A stretch of 64,000 nucleotides of DNA from Candidatus Nomurabacteria bacterium. Its GTDB lineage: Bacteria > Patescibacteriota > Minisyncoccia > Phycocordibacterales > UBA918. The position numbers and the translations under genes are program-made. The stretch spans positions 823,662-887,661 of the forward strand of contig CP060227.1 of assembly GCA_023898525.1 (NCBI GenBank), given 5' to 3'. Below are positions 10,351-19,440 of the stretch, piece after piece; position 1 is the stretch's first letter; the number at the start of each line of letters is the position of its first letter. The notes below the pieces were generated by a model, which did no database searches, was not told the DNA's origin, and worked only from the letters and a program-made list of their open reading frames with translations.

Positions 10351-10391
10351 TTCAGGTCCGGCATTTGTGCTAATTAATTTGTATAGAAATA

Positions 10392-10445
10392 GACCTTAAA
10401 GAGGAGCGGCTAGCGACGGGAAAGGTCTACCCTTGGTTGTTTTAC
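10392..10445 (+). repeat. Conserved about 54-nt element, copy 1 (a second copy lies at 29745-29797)
   Basis: gaccttaaagaggagcggctagcgacgggaaaggtctacccttggttgttttac is near-identical to the second locus. It contains a GGAGG-like motif and a 6-7 bp stem. Confidence 0.5.
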
Positions 10446-10567
10446 TTGATTTTAATTAGCATAGGTCCCAGACATGTCATTGCTTTTTAGTAAAAAATGA
10501 TGTATTGTGTTGACTTAAGGCTAATCACGTTAGTCTTTTTAATTTAGAGTACTGGAATAAATACGTA

Positions 10568-10885
10568 GCGGGGTGAGAAAGTGTCAAAACACTTTCGCAA
10601 GACCTTGCCTAGTATTTCTTGAGGCTACGAAAAGAAATACTGACAAGGTGTACAGATCCTGTAAGGATGAGGAGAGGAAACTTTTTCGTTCCAGATAAGG
10701 TAAAAATAAATACATAGCGTGACTAAGAGAGGTATCGAGCGAGAGAATTATATAGCTCTCATAACCTCCCTGGAGAACGCTTTTGTTTGAGGAGAGGTAA
10801 AAATAAATACATAGCGGGGTAGAGGAGAGGTACCTCGGGAGGCTCATAACCTCCAGACCCCGGTTCGATTCCGGGCCCCGCAACA
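10568..10885 (+). ncRNA. tRNA-like / candidate structured RNA locus: three imperfect tandem repeats (R1-R3) ending in a T-arm plus acceptor. tmRNA is an alternative reading, less well supported
   Basis: AATAAATAC(A/G)TAGCG(G/T)G occurs three times (about 10556, 10704, 10802). CTCATAACCTCC occurs twice. The 3' end is CCCCGGTTCGATTCCGGGCCCCGCA. Strong internal hairpins are present. Confidence 0.35.
10815..10882 (+). ncRNA. Degenerate tRNA-like element with a CAU (Met-type) anticodon loop
   Basis: Acceptor GCGGGG/CCCCGC. D-like stem GAGG/CCTC. Anticodon stem GGAGG/CCTCC with loop CTCATAA. T-arm CCCGG-TTCGATT-CCGGG. It is one nt short at positions 8-9 and has a 6-bp acceptor stem. Confidence 0.4.
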
Positions 10886-10936
10886 CTAAGAAAAAACCAA
10901 GAGTATAACTCTTGGTTTTTTCTTAGTGTTGCGGGG
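10876..10936 (+). terminator. Long (about 27-bp stem) hairpin/terminator that overlaps the 3' acceptor strand of the tRNA-like element
   Basis: ccccgcaacactaagaaaaaaccaagagtataactcttggttttttcttagtgttgcgggg is a perfect inverted repeat with an inner T-run. Confidence 0.6.
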
Positions 10937-11040
10937 CGATAAAACTTTTGCTTAGCATTAAAAAATGTGTCCAGGTGAAAAAAATAATTTTAACTTTGCT
11001 ATACTTTAACTCATTATAGACTAAATTAATTGTTGCTATT

Positions 11041-14000
11041 ATGAATTACTCTATTTATAAAAAACCGCAAACAGCTGGATGTGTAAGTAACTCATTTAAT
11101 TTAGCCATTACTAAAAGTGCGAGTTTTGTTCTCGCACTTCTGCTTATATTAGGGTCGTTAGAAAACGTTTCCTTTGCAGCTGTTCTTACTAATGGCGATG
11201 CTGGATATATTACCAACATTCAAACCCGTGATGGAAGTGATCTGTTTAGATCTGATGTACGAGAGGGAAGTGGTGGATTCTTATACGCATATGACATTCC
11301 CGTCCCACCTGGTGTTAACGGCCTCACCCCGCAAATCTCGCTACAGTACAACAGTCAGGGCAGTTCGGACCAAGATATACTTGGCTATGGTTGGAATCTT
11401 TCTATTCCATACATTGAACGGGTGAACAAACACGGCATCAATAAGCTCTTCGACCCCGCCTACGAAACCTTTTACTCCAGTCTTTCTGGTGAGCTTGTAT
11501 TCGATGGGGTAGATTACCTCACAAAAATCAACCAAGGCGACTTCATGAGATATAGCCGATTAAGTAATGGGTGGGTTGTTACTACAAAAGACGGTACCGA
11601 ATATCACTTTGGTTCTGACGTAGTAGCCCAACAGTCAGACCCGACCGATATCACTAACATTTCTCGTTGGTACCTCAGCTCGATTACTGACACTAACGGC
11701 AATATGGTCTCATATTCATACGTTAAAGACACTGGCGCAATTTATCCTAGTACCATCACTTACGGCCCATACACCATCGTGTTCACAACCGAAGCTGCTC
11801 CCACTCACTCGTCCTATAGTCTTGGCTTTAAGGTTGAACGAGATCAGCGTATCAATGCTATTGAAATAAAGGAAAATACCACAATCTTCACTCGACACGA
11901 CCTAACCTACGCTACTGGTATCAATACTCAACGTGACCTTCTGGAGACAATTACTCAAACTGACGTTATCACCAACACTAGCTTACCGGCGGTGATCTTT
12001 GATTACGGCGGCGAAGAAATTCCTCATTGGCAGAGCGACAGTTCGTTTGTATTCCCAGAGCCAATGGGACTTCAAGACAACGGTGTTCGGTTTGGTGACC
12101 TGAATGGTGATGGTCTTACGGATATGATTCGATACGAACGATACTGGAACGACATTCCCTCTGCACGGTGGACAGCTCGTCGTGTACACATCAATAAAGG
12201 CAATGGTAACTGGGATATAGATGTCCCGTGGAGCTGGGATGATATTGAGACACCGTTCTTCTTACACATTAATGATGGTGTATTCAGTAACACCGATAAG
12301 CGTTACGACATGGGCGCGCGCTTAATCGATGTTAACGGAGATGGGCTAGATGACTTCGTCGCTGCTTACAACTGCCTAGACTGGAGTAGTTCAGACTGTT
12401 CAAATGCACCAAACTATATGAAGGAAATTCTAGGTCCAATCCAAATGGATGTCTACCTGAACTCTGGCTCAGGTTTTGTAAAAGACGGCACTAACTGGTT
12501 AAATTTGCAGGCTATGTCTAGTTGGGATTATTCTCCTGCTGATATGACCAATCCAGGCCGAGCATTTGTTGATGTGAATGCTGACGGCTTACCAGACATT
12601 GTTCAATCAGTCGCTACGCTAAACTTCGGCTCGCATCCAAGTGAAAATGTAGCTTCAAATATTTGGATAAACACGGGTAATGATTGGGAACTTTCATCCC
12701 TTACTCTTCCTGCGGCACTTGCCAAATATCCGTGGCACCCTAGTTACCCAAATCTTCGTAAATTCAGTGACTATGGAACTCGATTTGCTGACGTTAACGA
12801 CGATGGGTTAATCGATGTTTTACGAGGATATCGACAGTCATTCAGTGGTAGCGTTAATACGTATACTGACGAAAAAACTGTATACATCAACACTGGTGAT
12901 GGTTGGGAAGAAGACGTGTCTTGGAACTTACCTGTTGAGTTTGTTATTCAAGATCAAACTTCTGGTTATCAGATGTTTGATTTTAACGGTGATAAACTTC
13001 CAGATATTCTTCAATCGCACTACCATAACAATAATGGTTTTAGTTATAATTTATACCTGAACAAAGGTACTACATGGCATCTTGAGAATTACTCAGTGAA
13101 CAGTACTCACTATCCAGTGTATCCTCAGCCACCTTTCCCGCTTACCAGGACAGCCGCTTATACAGGCGGTGGTGGTACGGCTATGATCGATTTTGATGGT
13201 GATAATCTACTTGACGCCTGGAATCTGTATTATCTAGACTTAGATGAAACTCAAAGCTCCGGTGGGAGTGTTTTCCTAAATACTTCAGATATTCCAGACC
13301 TAGTGACCTCAATCATTGATAAAAGCGGTTCCATTACTTCTATCAACTACGACGGCTACCTTGCTACTGTTCAATCAGACTATGTAAAAGTTGGTAACTC
13401 ACCAGTCAATCCGATAGTGGTCACTCATAAAACCATCGATAATAACCACGGTCACACGGTCACTGAAACATATGAGTACAATGATGCTCATCAGTACGTC
13501 GAGGTGAGCGATATTTTTGATCGCAAATTTGCCGGCTTCGGAAAAGTCACCAAAACCACCGATTTAGGAAAAGAAACCACTTACTACCACCAAGGAAACG
13601 GCGTAGCGACTACAACCGAAGAGGGCATAGATGACGAAGCATTAATCGGGCAGGTTTATCGCACAGAAATAACTGATCTTTCTGACAATCTCTATACACT
13701 TTCTCGTCAAAATTTTGCCACCACTTCACTTGGTAACGGCAGTACGTTTGTAAAACTGGAAAGCGGTCTCAAGCTTGATTACGATGGTGATAGCGACAAG
13801 AAAGCTTCGGCCAACAGCTACACCTACGACAACACCAATGGCTCACTCCTTACCAAAACGGAGTGGGGAGAGGTGAGTGGAAATACTGACGGTACTTTCT
13901 CAGATACCGGTACCGACAAGCAAGTGACAACTATTGAGTACGCTACCAATGCGAACGGTATAGTTCTACCATCCAAGCAAACCTTGACCGACAACTCTGA

Positions 14001-17000
14001 CACCAAAGTCCAAGAGTCTCGCTTCTACTACGATAACCAACCGCTTGGCACAGTTACTCTAGGTAACAAGACCAAAGAAGAGAATTGGCTAGGTGGCAGT
14101 AGTTATACAAACAAACAGTGGACATACAACAGCCTAGGGCTGGTAACCGCCGAAACTGATCCAGATGGTAATACCACCAACTATACTTACGATACCTATA
14201 ACTTATATCCAGCTAGTGTCACCAACGCCCTCAATCAAACCACACAGTACGAGTATGACTATTCTTCCGGGCAAGTAGCGACCACCACTGACGCTAATGG
14301 CAATATTTTTGCCACCACTTACGACGGGTTTGGTCGACCGCTTACCGTTACATCACCTGACCCACAGACCGGTACTCCGGTAGTACAGACCGAGTATGTC
14401 TATACCGATACTCCCGGCAGTGTCAGTGTGCAAAAGAAAGATTATCTAAATAGCGGATTAGTTAAAAACTCGTATACTTTCCTAGATGGCTTTGGCCGAA
14501 AGATGCAGGAAAGGCAAGAAGCGGAAGGAATGGATCAATACGTGGTGCGTGATTATGTCTACGGAAGCAATGATCTTTTGGAAAAAGAGTCACTGCCGTA
14601 CTTTGGTACCGGAGCGGCGAGAAGTGCTTCTACCACCAACGCAAACCTCTTAAGCACCTACGCTTACGATCCATTGGCTAGAGTAACAAGCGTAGCAACT
14701 GTGGTTGGTACGACCACTACCGCCTACGACCAATGGAAAGAAACCGTTACCGATACTGCCGGCAATGATAAGGTATTCCAGTATGACGCTTTTGGTCGAT
14801 TGGCAGCCGTGACCGAAAACGAGGGAACCAATTCATACACTACCAACTACACTTGGAATAATCTCGGTAATCTGACCAAGATAACTGACGCCGAAAGTAA
14901 TGTGCGAAATATAAGTTACGACGGACTTGGTCGCCGTACTAGCCTGGAAGATTTGCATGCACCAAGTGATAGTACTTTTGGAACTTGGACTTTTGCTTAT
15001 GACAACGCTGGCAACCTGACCAGCAAGACTAATCCAGAGAGTCAGACTACCAACTACACCTACGACGCTCTTAATCGCCAGTTGACCGAAGACTACACCG
15101 GACAGACTGGTACGGAAATCACTTATACTTATGATACTTGTACGGGTGGCGTGGGGCAACTTTGTACCGCTGCCAATTCTTCCGCTACCACTAACTACAC
15201 CTACACCCCAAACAACCTCTTGGCTTCAGAAGCTAAAACAATAAGTAGCAATACCTACACCACTAGCTATGAGTATGACCGCCAAGGCAACCAAACACTC
15301 ATTACTTATCCAGATAATTCAGAAGTGAAGTACACCTTTAATAAAGGTGGGCAGGTAGACAAAGTGGAACAAAAAGAGGGTGGGGGAACTTTTGCAAACA
15401 TTGTGAGTAATATTGATTATGGACCACATGGTCAGATGGAAAATATCGAATACGGCAATGGCTCTATAACTACTCGTACTTATGATGCGACCGAACTGTA
15501 CCGATTGAAAAATATCCTCACCACTGCCACCAGTACCTATGGCACCGGCGGTCCGGGAGAGGAGCTTATAAGTATTGAAGCCAAACTGGCTTCACTTACC
15601 ACTGAGCTCCCGCTTGCGACTACCAGTGAAGCCTTGGTGGTGGAGACGGTAGAGGAGCCGGTAGAGGAGATGGTCGCAACTTCTTCTGATCTTGCTATCG
15701 AACCGGCTACTTCAGATTCAACTACTGCAACTTCTACTAATATCGAAGCGACAAGTACAAACCAAGAAATAGCCGAAGCCGAACTCACCTCGACTACAAC
15801 CACAACTGATGAGGTGGTGGAGACTAGCGAAATTGCCACCACCACCACGGTCGCTGCTCCAGACGCGACTACCACTGCGTCTTCGTCGTCTGAAACCGCT
15901 ACCGGTACAGCTGACCAAGTGGTGAGTGTGGTAGAAGCTGATGTGGTATTTGATATACCTACCACCACTGCCACCAGTACTTTACCAGCAGTACCAACAG
16001 CTATTGCTTCTACCAGCAGTAACTCCACACCACCAGTTGCGGAAGCGGTGGTAGTTAATCAGGTAGTGGCTAAAAGCAAGCTAAAGCTAAAAATCAACAA
16101 CGCCCACGAAGCCCGAATGTGGCAAAAATACCACCATGAGCGAGTAGCTGGATTAGAAGCAGAGGGAGCTAATCAGGCTGTGCTTGATAAAGCCAAGTAT
16201 GCTCAGGATCAGTTGGAGTCATACTTAATTGAGGATGGTTATCTAAAAGAAAAAGGTGGAAGCGTAAAAGGACACGCTAAAGATTATGTAGAGAGCCAGG
16301 GTAAGAAACTTATAAGCAAAGTGGTGGACTTTATCTTACCGGATACCGTCCAAGCTTACCTATTTGGGTTAGAAGATTTTGAAAATTGTTCAGCTCTTCC
16401 GTGTACCTTTGACAACAATGTATCTTGGGGAGGGGTTACCCCGGCTTTAGATAACACCAGTAAGGTGGCTGGTGCGGATTCACTAAAAGAAACTGTGACT
16501 GGAGAAGGTTCCGGTGGCTTAGAGTTTGTTGATCAAAACACCGGCGAGATTTATGCTCAGTTTAAGGTATTTATTCCGAGTAATATGACTTGGGGACCTT
16601 CCGGTTATCATGGCATTCTTAGATTTGAAGATACGATCAACAACTCAGTTTTCTGGATGAATGTTGAGGATTGGGGCACAGCCAGACTAACCATGATGGG
16701 AGATGTTCTACCGTGGACTGACACCGGAATTGATTTGGTGAAAGGGGCGGTCAACACTATTGAAGTACGCTTTAAGACTGGAGCCACTAACGGCGATGTA
16801 GATATCTGGCTCAACAACACCAACGAAAGTGCACCTGACTACAACGGAAGTGGTACCCTAAACACCGGTACTGATAATGTTGACTATGTAATCGCCGGAG
16901 TTACTTATACTCCCGAAGCGATTAGTACCACCTACTTCGATGATATTGCTATCGACACTACCTTTATTGGTGAGCTAACTTCAGGTGGCCAACCGCCGGT

Positions 17001-18960
17001 GGTGCCATTTGTTGAGAATGTCCAAAACCTTTCCTATACCTACGACACTGTCGGTAATATTACCGAGATAGTAGACAACAGCGGTACCGACTCCGCCGGT
17101 ACCATCACCTACACCTACGACGACCTCTACCGCCTTATCTCAGCTTCCACTACTAATGCTAGTACTACTCCATACCAAGAAACCTATACCTACAACAGTA
17201 TCGGTAACGTCCTCAGCAAGTCTGATGTTGGTACGTATAGTTATGATGGTGGACAGAGTGGAGGAACCAGCTACTACATCTATGACGATAGCATCACTAC
17301 CGGTTGGACAGACTGGTCTTGGTGGACTACCATCAACCCAAGCGCCACCTCTCCTGTCTACTCAGGACTCTATTCATTGGGGTTAGTATACACCCAACCC
17401 TGGGCTGGTATCTCTTATCACAACAACAGTTTCGACAGCTCACCATATGATAATCTAGAGCTGGCGGTTAATGTCGGTACCGACACTACAGCCAATCTCT
17501 ACCTCTATTTCACCAACAGTGCCAGTACACCTTTTACCATCATTAACCTAAAAGACTACGTCACCGGCGGTTTCCAAGCCAACACCTGGCACAGCCTCAC
17601 CATTCCACTTTCAGACTTAGGTTACCAAAACTATCAAGGCGCCACTGAACTAAACATAGAGACCGACCAAGCCGCGACAGTGAATTTTGACAGTATTCGT
17701 TTGACTAGTACCGGCGGAGGAGGAAGCTACGCCAACCCCCACGCTGCCACCACCATCGGCGGCACCACCTACACCTACGACCAAAACGGTAACCTCCTAA
17801 CCGACGGTAATACCACTAACACCTGGAACTACCGCAACGAACTAACTGAGTCCACAAAAGCAGGAATAACGACCAGCTATGGATATGACCACAATGGTGA
17901 TCGAGTGTTCAAGACTACTTCCGAAGGAACGACTTATTATCCTTTCGCTAATTACGAAATTACTGATACTGGTACTACCACAAAGCACATCTACATGGGT
18001 GACCAATTAGTTGCCACGATTGAAGGTTCTGGTGCTGGAGCGTTGACGTATTACAACCATCTTGATCATCTCGGTGGTACCAGTGTGGTAACCGATGGTA
18101 TTGGAGCTATCACCCAAGAATTGGACTACTACCCATTCGGTGATACGAGGATAGATAATGAGTACGGAGACTTTAGACAACATATTCAGCACTCAGGTCA
18201 CCAGAAAGACGATGAAACAGGACTCATCTACCAAGGTGCACGTTACTATAATTCTGGTATCGGACGATATACATCACAAGATCCAGCAAACTTACGAAAT
18301 CCAGCGCAGTTCCTCTATGACCCACAACAGTTAAATACCTATGCGTATGCAAGGAATAATCCACTGAAGTACATTGATCCTACGGGGGAGAAGATTGAGC
18401 TTGTTTCTAGACCAGTAATTTCTTCTTATGATGCACATATGTTCTATCGAGTTACTCCAGATAATCCAGGCCAGATTTCTATTGATGGAATTCCTCAGGG
18501 CACTGAACAGTTTTCGATAGGGGCTTACAACCGAGGTGGTTTCTTAGGTATCGGCAATAAATTGACTCCAGAGTTTAGTTACGAAGGAGGTCCAGTGAAT
18601 ACTGACACCCCATACTTAAACGGGGAAAAGGCGCCTACAGCAAGTGTTGTTATCACACCACCAAACAACATGTCAGATACAGAGTTTATTAACAGTCTTG
18701 GTGCTTCAGCAAATAGTATCGACAAGACAGGTTATTATATGTTTGGTAAAACTGGTAAATTTGGTGTAGCTAATTCAAATAACTTCGTATACGAAGTTGG
18801 TAATAGGAGTGGTGTTGGTAATCAGGTCAGCTCGTTCAATTCAGGTGCATATACTCCAGGACAGAGTCAAGGAATCCCAACTGCAACATTGCTTGATAAT
18901 ATAAGGTCTAGCCTGAACAGTATTAAGGAGAGATTGTCCAAAAAAGATGATAGCGAATAA
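11041..18960 (+). CDS. Giant secreted polymorphic-toxin protein (2639 aa): signal peptide, SpvB/TcB-like N-terminal domain, FG-GAP-like repeats, RHS/YD repeats, S/T-rich linker plus LamG/CBM-like insert, Rhs core, variable C-terminal toxin domain
   Basis: Signal peptide ASFVLALLLILGS. DxNGDGxxD repeats (FGDLNGDGLTDM, IDVNGDGLDDF, VDVNADGLPDIV...). Many YD repeats (YTYDALNRQ, YEYDRQGNQ, YTYDTVGNI). Rhs core GARYYNSGIGRYTSQDP...NTYAYARNNPLKYIDPTGE, followed by about 200 unique residues. Confidence 0.85.
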   Translation: MNYSIYKKPQTAGCVSNSFNLAITKSASFVLALLLILGSLENVSFAAVLTNGDAGYITNIQTRDGSDLFRSDVREGSGGFLYAYDIPVPPGVNGLTPQISLQYNSQGSSDQDILGYGWNLSIPYIERVNKHGINKLFDPAYETFYSSLSGELVFDGVDYLTKINQGDFMRYSRLSNGWVVTTKDGTEYHFGSDVVAQQSDPTDITNISRWYLSSITDTNGNMVSYSYVKDTGAIYPSTITYGPYTIVFTTEAAPTHSSYSLGFKVERDQRINAIEIKENTTIFTRHDLTYATGINTQRDLLETITQTDVITNTSLPAVIFDYGGEEIPHWQSDSSFVFPEPMGLQDNGVRFGDLNGDGLTDMIRYERYWNDIPSARWTARRVHINKGNGNWDIDVPWSWDDIETPFFLHINDGVFSNTDKRYDMGARLIDVNGDGLDDFVAAYNCLDWSSSDCSNAPNYMKEILGPIQMDVYLNSGSGFVKDGTNWLNLQAMSSWDYSPADMTNPGRAFVDVNADGLPDIVQSVATLNFGSHPSENVASNIWINTGNDWELSSLTLPAALAKYPWHPSYPNLRKFSDYGTRFADVNDDGLIDVLRGYRQSFSGSVNTYTDEKTVYINTGDGWEEDVSWNLPVEFVIQDQTSGYQMFDFNGDKLPDILQSHYHNNNGFSYNLYLNKGTTWHLENYSVNSTHYPVYPQPPFPLTRTAAYTGGGGTAMIDFDGDNLLDAWNLYYLDLDETQSSGGSVFLNTSDIPDLVTSIIDKSGSITSINYDGYLATVQSDYVKVGNSPVNPIVVTHKTIDNNHGHTVTETYEYNDAHQYVEVSDIFDRKFAGFGKVTKTTDLGKETTYYHQGNGVATTTEEGIDDEALIGQVYRTEITDLSDNLYTLSRQNFATTSLGNGSTFVKLESGLKLDYDGDSDKKASANSYTYDNTNGSLLTKTEWGEVSGNTDGTFSDTGTDKQVTTIEYATNANGIVLPSKQTLTDNSDTKVQESRFYYDNQPLGTVTLGNKTKEENWLGGSSYTNKQWTYNSLGLVTAETDPDGNTTNYTYDTYNLYPASVTNALNQTTQYEYDYSSGQVATTTDANGNIFATTYDGFGRPLTVTSPDPQTGTPVVQTEYVYTDTPGSVSVQKKDYLNSGLVKNSYTFLDGFGRKMQERQEAEGMDQYVVRDYVYGSNDLLEKESLPYFGTGAARSASTTNANLLSTYAYDPLARVTSVATVVGTTTTAYDQWKETVTDTAGNDKVFQYDAFGRLAAVTENEGTNSYTTNYTWNNLGNLTKITDAESNVRNISYDGLGRRTSLEDLHAPSDSTFGTWTFAYDNAGNLTSKTNPESQTTNYTYDALNRQLTEDYTGQTGTEITYTYDTCTGGVGQLCTAANSSATTNYTYTPNNLLASEAKTISSNTYTTSYEYDRQGNQTLITYPDNSEVKYTFNKGGQVDKVEQKEGGGTFANIVSNIDYGPHGQMENIEYGNGSITTRTYDATELYRLKNILTTATSTYGTGGPGEELISIEAKLASLTTELPLATTSEALVVETVEEPVEEMVATSSDLAIEPATSDSTTATSTNIEATSTNQEIAEAELTSTTTTTDEVVETSEIATTTTVAAPDATTTASSSSETATGTADQVVSVVEADVVFDIPTTTATSTLPAVPTAIASTSSNSTPPVAEAVVVNQVVAKSKLKLKINNAHEARMWQKYHHERVAGLEAEGANQAVLDKAKYAQDQLESYLIEDGYLKEKGGSVKGHAKDYVESQGKKLISKVVDFILPDTVQAYLFGLEDFENCSALPCTFDNNVSWGGVTPALDNTSKVAGADSLKETVTGEGSGGLEFVDQNTGEIYAQFKVFIPSNMTWGPSGYHGILRFEDTINNSVFWMNVEDWGTARLTMMGDVLPWTDTGIDLVKGAVNTIEVRFKTGATNGDVDIWLNNTNESAPDYNGSGTLNTGTDNVDYVIAGVTYTPEAISTTYFDDIAIDTTFIGELTSGGQPPVVPFVENVQNLSYTYDTVGNITEIVDNSGTDSAGTITYTYDDLYRLISASTTNASTTPYQETYTYNSIGNVLSKSDVGTYSYDGGQSGGTSYYIYDDSITTGWTDWSWWTTINPSATSPVYSGLYSLGLVYTQPWAGISYHNNSFDSSPYDNLELAVNVGTDTTANLYLYFTNSASTPFTIINLKDYVTGGFQANTWHSLTIPLSDLGYQNYQGATELNIETDQAATVNFDSIRLTSTGGGGSYANPHAATTIGGTTYTYDQNGNLLTDGNTTNTWNYRNELTESTKAGITTSYGYDHNGDRVFKTTSEGTTYYPFANYEITDTGTTTKHIYMGDQLVATIEGSGAGALTYYNHLDHLGGTSVVTDGIGAITQELDYYPFGDTRIDNEYGDFRQHIQHSGHQKDDETGLIYQGARYYNSGIGRYTSQDPANLRNPAQFLYDPQQLNTYAYARNNPLKYIDPTGEKIELVSRPVISSYDAHMFYRVTPDNPGQISIDGIPQGTEQFSIGAYNRGGFLGIGNKLTPEFSYEGGPVNTDTPYLNGEKAPTASVVITPPNNMSDTEFINSLGASANSIDKTGYYMFGKTGKFGVANSNNFVYEVGNRSGVGNQVSSFNSGAYTPGQSQGIPTATLLDNIRSSLNSIKERLSKKDDSE

Positions 18961-18964
18961 ATAA

Positions 18965-19243
18965 ATGATTATTATGAAAAAACAATTTATATCAGCATAC
19001 CTAGGGTTATCTACAGGAATATTCCCCTTAGTGTGTTACAGAGTTTATGAGAATTATGGGATCAGAGGTGGTCTAAATGAAGTATTAGAGGGACTTTTGC
19101 TCTATTTACTTTTGTTCATTCCAATTTCTATCGTTCTAGTTTTAGCTGCAAAAGTGTTAGAAAAAATGAGTGTAAAATTGAATAATAAAATATTATTCCT
19201 AGTATCGTTGGCAATTGCTGTAATTTTCCTCTACTTGCTGTAG
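18965..19243 (+). CDS. Small 2-TM membrane protein; candidate immunity protein for the Rhs C-terminal toxin
   Basis: 92 aa, hydrophobic, starting 5 nt after the giant gene stop, as in a toxin-immunity arrangement. Confidence 0.4.
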   Translation: MIIMKKQFISAYLGLSTGIFPLVCYRVYENYGIRGGLNEVLEGLLLYLLLFIPISIVLVLAAKVLEKMSVKLNNKILFLVSLAIAVIFLYLL

Positions 19244-19440
19244 GTGACTAATCCATCTTAGCTATTACGGAAAAATGTAATTCTGACCCTTGGTCTGCAT
19301 TCGGTATAGTTCCGCCAAGAACAACAGACTTATTGCCTTTGGTGACTTCAATACAATTATCTAAAAGTAATCTTCTCTTGGTATCAAAAGTGTTTGCTTT
19401 ATTAAGCCTTAGTCTTAAGGTCGTGCAGTATTGAGGAAAT

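Noticed and set aside
10568-10885. Straight annotation as tmRNA (ssrA).
   Set aside because: The 5' GCGGGG and 3' T-arm plus CCCCGCA look like a tRNA-like domain and the length (about 318 nt) fits. But the 3' 68 nt fold as a self-contained cloverleaf with a Met-type anticodon hairpin. I find no P2 pairing and no plausible tag reading frame ending in AA-stop. The region is internally duplicated. I keep tmRNA only as a low-probability alternative.
10584-10886. Minus-strand 100-aa ORF overlapping the tRNA-like repeats.
   Set aside because: It lies entirely within a structured, repeated non-coding region and has no RBS or homology. It is most likely spurious.
15537-16028. Minus-strand 163-aa ORF, and other small ORFs nested in the 11041-18960 gene.
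   Set aside because: They sit antisense or out of frame within a strongly supported 2639-aa RHS gene. The S/T-rich low-complexity region generates open frames by composition alone.
19262-19430. About 60-aa minus-strand ORF (IEVTKGNKSVVLGGTIPNADQGSELHF...) between the immunity candidate and rayT.
   Set aside because: It is below the ORF-track threshold, with no recognisable motif or RBS. It cannot be supported from sequence alone.
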